Source: Phoronis australis
Taxonomy: Eukaryota; Animalia; Phoronida
DNA length: 64,000 nt
NCBI GenBank assembly: GCA_002633005.1
Contig: NMRA01000400.1
Coordinates: 62,001 to 126,000, forward strand
Reading direction: 5' to 3'
Under the pieces are notes generated by a model. That model was not told the DNA's origin and did no database searches. It saw nothing but the letters and a program-made list of their open reading frames with translations. A program made the position numbers and the translations under genes. Of the stretch, positions 13,234 to 27,400 are shown one piece after another; the first letter of the stretch is position 1; the number at the start of each line of letters is the position of its first letter.

Positions 13234-15462
13234 TTAATTATGTCAACAGTCCTACACTCCTACAGATGCCTGGGCGACCATTTCAATTGCGGCATTTGCC
13301 TTTGGAAATAATTTGGATAGCAGTTGTATACCTTTCTCTACGTAATAATATAACGTCGAACGTTCGATGAGACTTTACGGAGTTCAGTGTTGACTGATTG
13401 CCTCAACGAGAAGAGTTGCTGCCGCTAACTTAATTTAGTTCCGTAAAGAAGCCTCTCTTCTGCACAGTCTCACATTCACTACTGTAGGACACTCCCATTA
13501 CGCCATCTGTTGACAATTTCACCTTTAATAGATTGCTTGTAGAAAAAAAAGACAGCGAACGGACTGAAAAACGATTCTTTACATTAGTTATAGTTAATTA
13601 GTTTATGACAAATTTCAAAATCTTAAAATCAGGACTGGTTCATAGTACACCGTTTAGTAGCCAAATGTAAAATATTTTGTTTTATAGAACGCAGCTTATA
13701 CAATTACAAAACAAGTTCACGTGTGTGTTGCTTGGCTCACGGTCAGGTAATTGTCTAAAATTTACTGGTCAGTGGTTGAACGATCATTGAGCATTGCCAA
13801 GATTCCTATTGTTTATCGTGACTGTTATTGGTTAAGCGTGTTTGGCTTCCCAGTTTTCTCTAGTACATCCCTGTTTTGATAGGTAGACATCTTGGACAAA
13901 ATGTTGTCAGTTTCTTTACCCATGCCATGGGCCATGTCATGGGCCATGGCATGAGGCGTCTGATGGTCCCAATCAGTGCTGTAGTGGGGCGTAGGCACAC
14001 GTGGGCTCAGCCAACCACCTTTTGGCATTTGAATGTAGCGCCTACGCACCGTTGCGTTCATTGCTCAAGGTGATACCATGGACTTTGCTATGGCACTGGC
14101 AGATCTAGGATATCACAAGTCAAGGGGGCCCAACTTGTCTAAACATTTGCGCAAAGCACGATGCGCATACACTGTAGCACCAAATGGGGGAAGGCCCAGG
14201 AAATTTTTCTGTTTTTTCCTCTAAAAATCAAGCATTTTACTTGGTTCCTGAAATATTATCCAAGATAAAAATGAAGTATTATCCAAAAAAAACATGGAGA
14301 ACGTGTCAAACAGGAAAAACTGTAATTACCACATACTAGAACTCTCGACCCGGCGGATAGAGCACGCGTGCTTTACCACTGCACCACCACAATTTAACAC
14401 CTAATTTGTTACTAAGAGACCTACTTGTTTATGGTCCTCATCGTTTGCGCGCGAAACCTACTTCTTTTTGTAATGCTTATTACACGTTTTATATTTTGTG
14501 CAATAAGTTTGTAACAAACAGGATGTAAGCAGAGAAAAGTCGCCTGCGTTTTTCGTTAGGAGGAGGAATGACAAAGATTGAGTGTTGTTTATTTTTAACG
14601 GGGAGAAATTGAAGACTGTATTTATAATACTTTCAGAACAAAGTTGCCCCCCCTTTTTAGTCCACAATTTTTCATGTCAGTTTTGGGGATCGCTGATTCT
14701 CAGATCTTGTTAGGCCACCTGGGATTTTCGCAAAGTCTCATTTGGTGACTTGGTGTCAAGCTAAGTGTGGGGCTCCAAGTCTGAGTAGTAATATGTTCAA
14801 CCTTTTTTTATATCAAGTGTGCATGTACTTTATTTTTTACTATAAGACAAATATAATATGTAATGTGATGTTATTCCCACAAACTGAGTTTAAAGAAGTA
14901 TTTGTATGCTCCTAACTATACTAATGTATAGCGGGAACTAAACGACAATGCTGTTTTAGCATAGTCTCCGCTAAACATAGTGCAGTCGTATGCATTGACA
15001 ACTTGTAAGCGTGAAAACAAAAAATCTGCAAATAGGTGACCTTCGCAATTCTGACATACCTTGGGGGCTCACATACTCCTTATTCCCCAACACCATGTCA
15101 TGTACTTACTAGACACGGTCAAGTGATTTATGGTGGATCATTTTCGACACAAAACTCTTTCTTAAAAACATTTGGAAATTTTCAACCTACTTCATATTCA
15201 CATCGCCGCTATAGGTTGTGTTTCTTACTAATTTGAAGCAATCACAGAGATAAGGAATTGGCGTGCAAGTTCCACTTTAATGAGGTGAAAATAAGAAGTC
15301 CAACCATAGCACACTCTGTGAAATATATTTTTAATGCAATTGTTGATCATGATTAACTTCAGCTATTGCAATTCAATGGAAAGCTTTACAATTTTAAGCT
15401 ATAACCTATGGTTACTGTAGTAAACTTGGAAATGACCCATTGTTCTTTGTTTTAGGGTGACC

Positions 15463-18400
15463 ATGTCTTCCAGAGCAAAGTCCAGAAAATCGAGAGTCAA
15501 TAACTTGTCTAAATCTGGCGCACTACATTCCACGGAGGATGAAGACAGCCGTGATCAGTTTCGGTCTTTGTCTCCACGCCCCTGTAAGAATTCTACTAGA
15601 AATTTGGCTGCGGAAGCTTCGAGAAAAACCCGAGCAAGACAAAAAAATTTCGGTTCACATGAAAACGGTGACAAAAATGCTTCCAAAGGAGAAGTGAAAG
15701 ATATGAGTGTCCCAACGCGTCTGGCAGAGAAACTGAAAAATTTGGCTTCTGGAAACTCTGTCACTAAGCCGCCCATGAAACAGAGAAGACTAGCCAAGGA
15801 AGCTGTAACTCCTGAGAGGGCGGGATCTTCTAAGAAAGTGACATCTCCTTATTTCAAGGATAGTTCTAAGACTGCTGGCAAGACTAGACGGCGAAAGACC
15901 AACAAAGATGATGCAGGCTGTAAGGATAGTTCTGGGACTGTTCGCAAGCCAAGAAAAAGAAAAATGGACGACAATGATGACAACAGGAAGAAAATAAAAG
16001 ATAAAGTATGTCAGGAAATTCTTTCAGACGCAAAAACAAATGGTTTTACTGTGGATCAAAAGGTAGTTGGAGATCCAGATCCTGTTGCCATGGAAGTTGA
16101 TTACCCTACTTTGTCTAATGCTGCAGAGATTAAGACTCATGACAGTGACAGTGACAGTAGTGACTCCTGCTGGGAAGAAGTGGAAGGTTTGACATAGTGT
16201 ATTCATTTGAAGTCATTCAATGCTGAATTTGAACTTAAGTTAATACTTAACATCGTGAAATTGACCAATTTAAAGATATTGAAATGGAACAAAACTGCGG
16301 GGCCAAAAATTTACGTATTAGTTGATTTATTGATGACTTTGGTTGTTTTTTAACAAAAGTGTAGATATTTTTGAGGAGGGTGCTTAGATTTGTCAAATTA
16401 TTTGATAAATTTTGTACTACGTTTTGTAATTATCCGTAAATCAAAACTTTCTATCTTGTGTCAAAGTTGAACTAAGCATCAATTAAGAAGCACAAACATA
16501 CTGAACTGTTCAATAAATGAGGTCAAGCCTGAATTGATCAAAGAAGTTAAATGACAATTCTCTGTCTATTCAGCACACGATAAGGTGGACAAGTGGAGTT
16601 CTATTTTGTCAAAAGTCCTCTCAAGTTGTGTTGTTCAGTTGTTAACATTTGGTAAAAATAACTTGGTACAGTATGCAGCTGTGGAACAGTTCATTAATTA
16701 TTTATTACTGTTTCGTTACCTGTAAAGTTTATCTTGATTTGTTGCTTTCTTTTCACAGATATACCTACACCATCTAGTTCACACAAGGATGTGGTTCCAC
16801 AAGCAATTCAAGTCACAGTTGCCGATACTGAAGTGTCCAAAGGGTATAGTCTTTGTTAATAAACATGTTAAAAGCATTGATGTCAAGTTAAACAGGAGGT
16901 GCAGTGGGCTGTGTGCTTTTCACCAACTGTGCTAAATGGAATAAATGTTCATAGCTGGTGCCGTTACATAGTAATGAAATAAAGATTGCTATCTATGGAC
17001 GGCCTGGTTTATTTGAGAACCTAGCTTTCGGTCCCATCTTGGGATCATTGTTGGGGCCCCTGTGGATATCCCATGTCACGTGGCTGCCTGTGGGCAGTGC
17101 TGGCAGTTATCAAACACCACCTGGTGGCTGTCACTTGAGAGGAGGCGCTCCTAAATGGAAGGTAATTGGAAACCACCGTGTCAGTGCCCCAACAAAGAGC
17201 CCAAGATAGGCTCGAAAGCTAGGTTCTCAAATATAACCAGGCCGCTGATAGATAGCAATATTTCATATGTGAGAAGAGTTAACTTTATAATTTAAGCTGA
17301 ACCTGTGATGTCATCAGAAGTTTCGTATTTCTCTATACACATTGAATACAACATGTGACTATAACCTTAAAGGAAAGTCATGATTGTATATCCTTGGCTC
17401 ACAACTAGTGTGTCTATTATGTTGGAACACTTGTTCTTCCATATGAAGTCTTTTGAATTTTATTCTGTTTTGTTTCTCTGTTTTGCCTCAGGAAATGAAG
17501 TTCTGAAATGAGGTGAATTCACTTTGCTAATTTTTTTGGTTTCCCTGTACTAAGTCATGCCGATGCTCATATTATATGTTCATGGTATATTAAACTGTGT
17601 CGAATACCTACATTTGAAGAGTCATTTTTAAATATAAGTGACAAATGAACATAGAATAGTGATATGAACAAAGAATTGCGATTTAGTGACCTGCGGAGAA
17701 TTTATTAACCATTGTGTATAATTACATTTCAGGAAAAAGAAAACAAGAGCAGAAAAAATTCAGGAGTATTTCCGGAGAATGTTCAACCGTTACAAAAAGG
17801 AAACTTTGGAGAATATGCACAGGGTACAGTGTATTTATTCTGTCAGACCATATTTGTTTGTTAATTTCCATTGTACTACTCTGTCTGGTGTGCGGGATCT
17901 GAACTAGCATGTTTTCTCACAGGGCGCAAATGAAGTAATTAGTGCGAATCAGTTGCTGGTTGCTCAGGCACTCATTCATTTCCAGTGAATTTAGGAAGAG
18001 ACCAATCAAACAGTATGATGTGTCAACAGTAGGTGGAGTCTTGAGCATATGATTTTTTAATTCTTCCAACCTCAGAAATCAATTCTTTGTCGTGATAAAA
18101 GTTAGGTGTTGAGATGATTGCTGAAGGGGTCTTAAACACAGTGTTTTTGCTTTGAAATAAGCCAATGTCAGTGCAAGTGTTCTCAATTGTTGTTTTGTTT
18201 GTCAATGACCATAAGATCATAAGACGCATTTCAGGTTCTCATTGAAGTCCATTTAAACTTGGAATGACATGGTTGTTAATAATTCGCACCCTCTGACCTT
18301 TGAACTTTACTGGCTGTTATGTTGCAGGTTCATCTACTTTGCCTTCTTGCTCATGGCCGCCACCTCCAAACCCTTAGCATGAATCAGCTGCTTATTGCTC

Positions 18401-21400
18401 AAGCACTGTCAATCATTCCCAATGAATTTGTGAAAAGACCAATCAAACGCTACGATGTGTCAACAATAGGCGCAGTCTTGAGCTGGTTTACAAACACTGT
18501 AGTGCTGGATACTATGGAGAGTGCCGATAAGGAGAAGCTTGTAGTAAGTATTTGTTCATGAGGGTTTAACGATATTGCCTGGTTTTTAACTCTGAATAGT
18601 TTGTATAATACAATTGTAATGTTTTGTTTGTAGGCAGTCCTTTTAGATTGTTTCAGTTGTACGTTTTTAACTTTGACAATTAAGCAGTAACTAAAGGGTC
18701 TCTGTATTTTGTATTTTCAGTGCTTGCAGAGTATCTCTACATGTTTTGAAAGTGGGAAGACTTCTAGTCAGAAAGAATATGTTTGTGTAAGTCACTTTTA
18801 ACGTTGGCAATCTGCATGATTTTGTGATTACTTTTAGAAATTTAAGCATGTATCAAAATGACATGGGATTTGAGAATCTAAACTGATATCAATTGAAAAA
18901 TGAGTGACATTATGGCATTTCCTTTCTCCATGTACGTCCTTCTTTCAGATGTTCTTCGTTGTTATGGTTACGCTTGGTGTTGACGTCAGACTCGTGATGT
19001 CCCTCCAACCCGTTCCTTTCAAAGCACCCAGCAAAAAGAACAGCACAGTATCAAAAAGACCTTCCGCTGCTAAAACTTCTAAAAAGTCCATCAAATTGTC
19101 GGACAAAGTAAAGAATGAAGGAAAGTTCCAACAATCTCAGATGGAGAATACCAAGAAGTCTTCACAGAAACGGACTCAGGGCAAGGTTAAGAATAGATTG
19201 CCCCGGCAATGTTCGTCTAAAGCGAAGGCAATTGTGGATACCAGTAGTGATGACGAAGACTATGGTGATGACATTGTTCGTGGTGAGGGAGAGACATCTG
19301 TAGGTCGTAATAGAAAGGAGAATACTAAACAAGGGAAGAATGCGAAAAACGATAAGAAGAAGAAGAAGACACGGCAGTTGGAAACACCTTCCGAAATGAG
19401 GTATTTGAGTTTATGGTGCTCTTAACGTGTCAGATTTGACTTGGAAACAGTATGAAACTAATTCCATAATTGTGGTAAGCAGTCAATTTAGAAGACAGTT
19501 TTTCAATGAACGGCACATTTGAAGCTGCTTTAATAAGTGAATTATAAGTGGTAAAAACAGGGATTCAGCAAATCTAAGACAACGATGATGTCTGGATCCA
19601 GTCTTAAGCAAAATTTATCTTTTGTCTTCTTTGGGGAAAAATCGTCCAAAATTATATCCTAAAGATAAAATTAGTGCAATATGAATGGAAGCCTTGTATT
19701 GACATCTTAATTGTTGTTTCCATCATTATGTTGTCACCATTAGAGTCTTAATTACTAGAATCTAAATTATGCATAGATTGCAGCACTAGAATTTTTATCG
19801 CATGTAGATTGCCGCTGTCATCACTGATTTCACTTATATATTTTTGCATTTTTATCACTGCTTTTGATTATTTCTAGCTCTGACTCTGATTTCGAACCAG
19901 AAATGTTGTCACCAAGATCTTCGCATTCAAAAACAACGACCATATCTGCAACAGAATCTCGTGACGTCTTACCGGTAAATGTCGAGGGAGGTAAGGATAT
20001 AACTGCATATACATGTAAAATGGCGAAATATGTAAAATACGGTAAAGTATTTTCAAACAAAGCCCGTGCAATGCCTGTTTTGGGGTTGAATCCTTTGTTT
20101 TGATTTTTTGACTAGTGGAGTTAGCGTGCCTTATCTCACTTAATTAAAGAATGAACTGATGGAGTTCATTGATTCTTTCAATGGGAAATTTGCCACTGCT
20201 AATTTGGTTTGTTCAAATTTGAGGATTGTAATTTCAAGCTGTCTGGTCTAATTAAGGCTGTGATGTAGTCTTTAAGACTTTTGAGGTCAGTGTAATTTGA
20301 GCAAGATATCAACAGACAGTGTTAATGTCTGGTAAGTTTTGCCCTTCTTTAGTGTGCACTTGAAAGTTAAAAGACAGTGATTAACTCATTTATAGAGAAA
20401 TGAAAGTAAAAAAATATCAGAAGAAGTATGCCTGATTTGTTGAAGAGGGTCTGCCTGAAATAACATGTTTTGTACACTTCAGAAAGTGCCGTGAATAATG
20501 GATGGACCGTCGCTTATTTAAACAAAAAATGAAGAATTGGCAGTTTTAACCTTTTAGTTTTTGTGTTGCTTATGAACACATTTTTTCACAAATGCGTTAT
20601 TTTAGTGCCCGTTCTCATGTGACTGCGTAGTAATTCATGTATTTCAGATGTTAATGAGTGGATTGAAGTTTATTTGCCATCTGAAAAGAGGTGGACTTGT
20701 AAGTATAATATTGGCACATCTTAGCCTCAAATGTATGTCTCACAGTAACAGAAGGTGCTTTTTGTGTCATTTTTACAACTGCACGTGATGTTATTTCCTT
20801 CCCACGGCTTGTTTCATGCATTACCTAAAAGTACTCTGTGGAAAAACATTTATTTTGGAAGCGGTAAGAGGTTCAAACTCTCGCTTTGCTTAGAGATTTT
20901 TGTTAATTCCCATGATTTGGGCATTCCTGAAAGCCTTAGGTTATTTAAAGGTAAACCTTGTTATTTTATTGCAGGTTTGGACTGTGTCTCTGGGACAACA
21001 GACAGCAGCAGTGCTATGGAGAGGTTGGCCACACAACCTGTCTCCTATATACTAGCATTTGATAACGGTAATTTTTACGCAGTTTTACTCCACTTACTAG
21101 TAAGTGCTTTTAGTTATACCCCATTCTAGGTTCACGGCTATGATACTGTATCTGTTGAAGATTTGGAGGAAGTGTCCCTTGCAACTTTCAGTCATCAAAA
21201 CATCACATTGAGACTTGCATTTTAGGAATTACACTCCCCCATTTGTAACATATTATTCTAATGATTTTAATAGTTGAAGTTTTTAAAAAATTCACCTTTT
21301 GATTAAACCCAATTTTTATTATGAAATTGGACTCCGATTGATCCTCAGTCAAACTGAATATCATTTCTCATGTGCTTAGAAAGAACTGCAAGTTTCAGTA

Positions 21401-24400
21401 ACGAACTGTTATGTCCTAGTCCAGAAGTCAGCTCCAACACATATTTGAACCAAACCTTAAGCTGGAACATTCCGATGATTGGCTAGTAGACGTGGAAGCC
21501 AAATGTGACAAGTCGCTTAGTATTTAAACATATTTAACTGATAAGGTCACCACCAGTCTAGATTTCAGTTCAAGAACGACAATGTCGGAAATGTGTGGTT
21601 TCTAAGAAACATTGGCATCTGTAATTTTGGTCATCGACATAATAAACTTTCAGAAAGAGACAGCGAGGCCCAGTGGGATGAGTGTCCCTCACTCAAGGCT
21701 GTGGGTTCGAGTCAATCTGGGCCACACTGATACACCATTAAGTCAGGTCTTTAGCTCCTCACCTTGTTTTTAACTATATATTGATAAAGCTTATAATTGA
21801 TTCAGTTGATAAGTGCATTATGACCATTGGAATGGCCTGTGCACGTCTGATACTGAGCGTACCAGATAACCTGCAACAGACGCACATTTGCGGAATATTC
21901 CGCACTCAGTGCGGAATATTATGCAGATTTTGCGGAATATTACGCAGATTTGCATGGCAAAAATTGAACTTCTAATTAAGAAAATGCTAATTTAGGAAAT
22001 AAAAATGTAACATTGTAAGCATGTTTAGGGTAAGGTATAGATTTGTTTCATACCATTTTTTATGGCCCTAAGTGGATATAAAAAAGTGCGGAACCGTTCC
22101 GCACACTTTGAGACTAAAAAATCGCCTTACTTAAATTATTATTTCAGAAGTTTATCTTACGCAAAAATGCTTTTTGCGTCCCTAAAGTACTGGTAAGGTA
22201 GTTATTGGTGCGCCAACACGAAGAAAATCAGAATGTTTTTAAAACTGTAAAGGTATTATAGTTCTTACTTGTTTTGTCCCTTTAGATGGCTGTGTGAAAG
22301 ATGTGACCGCACGTTATGCGTCTCGGTGGATGTCTCAAACACGCAAGATCCGTCTGGACCCTGATTGGTGGACAGAGACATTGGCTGTGTATAAAACGAA
22401 GAAAAGGAAAAGAGACAAAGAGGAGGATGATGTCATCAAATGTACGGGAAAGTTGTGAGAACCGTGTTCATATGAGTTAGATTACTCTGACTGGCATCCA
22501 TATCATGAGAAGTGACTTAAGACGTTAGTCAGAAATTTGGTTTTGCGCTCTACACAGCTATTTCTAAGATTGAAGTAAGTAAATATCACTTGTAAACTCA
22601 CTGAGAATATACTCATATTGTTTGTAGACTGTGATGTGCTCAGTCATGATTACTTGGATAAACTTTTTTCAGCACTTGCAAATTGAGAGCGTAAGACCAA
22701 ATTTCTGCCTTAAGTCCGTTTCATGAGAAGCAGAACCCACCAGGTAGGATATTTATTTTTGGTCCAAACTTGCAACAACTTAACTATGCTTCTAGGCTGA
22801 GGTAAAAAAACATATCTGACAAAAGTAAGCATCCATGGCCCATGCTGACGTGAGGTGAAAAGTGCATGTCCTGTCTGAGAGGGGAATTCTGGGGTTGAGG
22901 GAAAATCCCCCAATGCCAAGTCAATACTGATTCCACCCTCTGTTCGCTACTCATCATTGGCAATGCCTCGTGTAGACAAAACTATGTTCTGCAAAAGTGA
23001 TTCCAACTTTGAGGGTAATTTTTTTGTCACCAGAAGGCAACTTCTGGATTTGATGAAGGAAATTACCTGTGTTGTTTAAATATTTTTATGGAGGAATGGG
23101 ACTGAAAATTGAGGAATCGAAGACCCAAGTATTAAGTGTCACTTTAGGAGATGTCAACTTGTAGCTGACGTCCATTTGCAGAAACGTGATCTTAGAGAAC
23201 ATAGGCCATGTAGCGCTATTTGCAAGACGTTGTCAGCTGTATATATTGCCCTTAACTATAAAGCTCAGACGACTGATGGTGGATGAGTTTGTTCATCTGA
23301 TGTCTTGTGTGCATGGCACTCACAGCTTCTTACTGTCCATGAGTTCTTGACACTAGTCTGGCACTAGTCTGGCACTAGTCTGGCACTTTTCACCTAGGTA
23401 CTTGACTTGTGACAAAATTTAATGGAACAGCAGTCAACATTTGAATCGTGCATGTGTTATCTTGAGAAAATAAAACAAAAATCCTCTAAATCCCTACATA
23501 GTTGAAACTGACTTACCTGTATTCAGCTCTAATTAATAAAGTGCAGTTTAAAGCTGCATATAAAGCCGATATTAAAAAGCTTTTATTTAGTTTATGTTTT
23601 GGGTTGGAACTCTGTTTTAGAGGGCCTTGATTTATACTATTTACCAAATGGGGTTTGTTAGCTGTTTATAGGGCTTAATAAATCACCTCGCAGTAATTGC
23701 TGTTTTGAGATCTGCACTTTCGAAATAGCCTATTGTAATTAATTAGCACAGCATGGGGCGTTGTACTGGCAGCACATGCTGGAGTTAATCTTGTCATTCA
23801 ATTTAAGTTGTATTTCTATTGAACACTGTTCAACTCTGTTTTACAGCCAAGTTACTGAGTCAGCCTTTCCCCACCAGCATATCAGATTTCAAAGATCATC
23901 CTTTGTAAGTTGATTAGCGAGTAAGCTCTGTAGATGGCGCTACGCATTGTTACTACTACGCCATATTCTTTATTTACAAATTTCAAGTTTACTTCCTCTG
24001 CGACCAAGTGCCGACGGCGATCATAGAATTTCATTGTCTCAACAGGATATGATAAAATCGACAATTTAGGCCACAACATGGTGGACGAGTGAAATTAGAT
24101 TTTCTAATTGACTTTCCTTAAAAGAATTTCTATATACAAGTTCTGTACCATATCTAACACCAGACAATAGTTTGAAAGCTGTGACCATTTACAGCAGTTT
24201 GATAAGACCGTGTTAACTGTAACCACCGCAGTTTTGGCAATTATTTTTTCCGAAATTGATGAGATTTTATCTAAGTCATTTTCCTGCCTCACTAACAGCA
24301 TTCTCGAACACTGCATGTTACTAAGAGGAGGATTGGAGTGCAATGCAGAAAGGAATTATTAATCGTGTGAACTAAATTGTTTGTGGTCATTGTGGTTCAT

Positions 24401-27400
24401 TGTTCGATGAAATTATTTTGTCAATTCTTTTAAGAAATTATTGCCAGGTAACTGCAGCTTTCAAGATGTGGGTTGCCTATTTCCTTAGTAATTTTGTACT
24501 ACTGAAGAAACTGGCAAGTAGTAAAATTTTAAGGTTAATTGTAGGTTCTCAAGCAAGCTATCTTCAATTGGTACACATTTTAGTGCAACTATTATAAAAA
24601 TAAGAAACTGTGTTGGAGCAAGTTCCAGTACATTACTTTCATTTTCAATTGTTATTTAAAAATATGTAATCTGTCTAAACTTTTTCATTGATGTCTCATT
24701 AAATTGCTATTGTTTTTTTTTAAATTTTTGTTCATTAATGTTAGACTGCAGTTAATAGTTGCTTTGATAAACTTGAAATTAGAAATTAAATTAATTTGAG
24801 TGTGTCTTCAATATCTCAAATGTTTGCCCTGCTGTTTCAGGTATGCACTAAAGCGCCATCTGCTGAAGTTTGAAGCGATCTACCCAGACACGGCGGTGCC
24901 ACTGGGATATATCAGAGGTGAGGCCATCTACGCCAGAGAGTGCGTCCATGGTCTACATTCTAGGGAGACATGGCTGAAGGAGGCAAGGACTGTTAGGGTG
25001 GGTAGGCTGGCATCTCGGCCATTTTTCTTATATGTTGCAATGTTCTAGTATTTTGAATGGGATAATTCCTCTGTAAGAAACATTCGACATGCAACTGTTT
25101 AGTCTTGTGAAAGAGCGAGTTATAGCATTCTATTTGACTTAGATGGAAAATTCTAGTTGTCAAGACGGGCGAAGTTGACGAAGATGAAATGCTAACAGCA
25201 CACAATATGGTGGACTGATGAAATTTCGTTTTGTAAGATTTTTCCACAAAAGTTAAGATTTTAGTCTCATTTGCACTATGTTAATGACATAAAGCAATGT
25301 TTGGTAAAGCTCCCATTGTGTGGAGTAAGGTAAACAACCTTTGAAAAGTTGAAAAGTGGCAATTTTTGTATTAAATTATTTTTGTACAAAAGTAGTGGAG
25401 AAGTACTGTTGTAGTTGACATTGTATATTGTTTTTAAGGTGGGTGAGAGCGCATACAAGATGGTGAAGCCTCGTATCAACCCTCGTAAGCCGCACCTTAA
25501 AACCGGTGAAGCGACGCTGGAAGTGTTTGGTCGGTGGCAGACTGAAGACTACATTCCACCTATTGCAGTCGATGTAAACATTTTAGCAACATTTATCGGA
25601 TTCATATTTCATTTAAGCCTACATGCCCTAACAAGTGCACAAGGGAGATAATTTTCATGTACATCCACTCTAAGGACTGTTTGGTATCCTGACTTGTGTC
25701 ATGTATGGCAGTGTTGTTTGCACCATAAGGTCTGTTTACCCTTAGTGATTTGTCTGGAGTGTGTTGGCGACTGTCTGCAACAGTTTGTTGCTGTGACGAG
25801 TAGTTGCTGGCATAGCACGTCCAGCATAGCAGAATCTGGATGAGCAAGCTGTACATAGCTTTTCAGGATTGAGCAATCAGACTCCAGGATTTACTGAATG
25901 AAACATGCGAGTGATTAGGCTGGTTCAACAATTTTTTGTGACCTGTAGTGTACTTAAACGTTGTCTGCACAGAAGGTAGTTTCGATATGCTACTGGAGCG
26001 GTAAAATATTACTGAATGATTTGATTTGATTTTTGTTTGTGTGCCTCAAACAATTAATTGAGTCTATCGGAATGCTTATCACATTGTTTAACCATTGTTG
26101 TGCTATGCCCCAAGTCTAAAATGGTATGATTTTTCACTGTTGCCATTGAAAATTCATGTCAAAAATCTTAGTCTCAGTGGTGTTTCATGGGGAAAAGCTC
26201 ACTACAGGTGCAAAGTTCAGCGTAGTTAGTGGGGACTTGAGGTGAAAGTATGCACTAGACTGGTAGTGTGTAGCTGTGTGGAATTTGTTATCGTTAAAGT
26301 TCACTACGTTGACTTTTTTAATTACTCTCATGATGAGTGAAAAGGGTTTGATATTTACTATGTCTTCAGGGCAAGGTGCCACGTAACGAGTACGGTAATG
26401 TGGAAATGTTCAAACCTTGTATGTTACCAGGAGGGACAGTTCACTTAAAGAGTAAGTACATTAAAATCTCGCCAATGCAGGTCACAATATGGCCGACTGG
26501 CGACATTTTATTTCTTGATTTTCTCGGAAATGATATACTCCGGAATCATGATATTTTGCCATGTCCAAGTTCCAGAACATGACTACCAACAAACAGACAA
26601 TATTTTGAAAAACTGTGGGTATTAAAACCCCTTGGGAAATGGTAAAAATACAATTCCGGCAATTATGTAGAGGACCATTAACAATTATTACCATTTCATG
26701 AGTTTTCACAACGCTTCTCACTCTCTGTGATTGATTAGGCCTCGTTTCGACAAGTGCATTGAGTATGCCTGTTGGTACGTCAGTCTCTGCCCCCCGACAT
26801 AAATTATGAATGATGATTAGAAGTTATTGTTTAAAATTCTGCAATTAACTGGTAAAATATCATGTCGCCTGTTGCTGTCAAAAATATCTCCATTTACACT
26901 TTACTGGTATGAAACTCGTTTTAACCACTGCAGCACTGCAGCTTCAGTGAGGCTGGTTTCGTAACTGAACACTAGATGGTACTACTAATTGCTACCTTGT
27001 GATTCTAGAAGTTTTGATAACTTTCAGTTACTGGCCTGAATAAAGTAGCACGGAAAATTGGCATCGACTGCGTTCCAGCCATGGTGGGATGGGACTTCCA
27101 TGGAGGCTATGCGCACGCTATGTGAGTGGGGGAATTTTAGGAAATCTGAGTTTTCATAAATGGGTCCTCCAAAATACTGGCTTTGAGAGCCGATTGTTTT
27201 TGGTACCATGTACCGTACAAGGGTTGTTCGTTCATCTAGTGAGATTGTGCAATTTTTTGCAAGTGGAAAATTCAGGATGACCTTATCAGTCGTATTTTGT
27301 AGTTGTTATTTTAATAGTACAGTACTTGCCAGACATCTTCCAGGGGAGTTAATACTGTCTTCTTAAAAGTTCAGCTCTTTTAAGTTGGTTTATTTAGTGT

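Noticed and set aside
13921-13953. Near-palindromic CATGCCATGG... 12-bp repeat
   Set aside because: Short, low-complexity and without supporting context.
21860-22210. Repeated TGCGGAATATT words with possible degenerate TIRs
   Set aside because: Probably a transposon remnant, but its ends and TSD cannot be defined.
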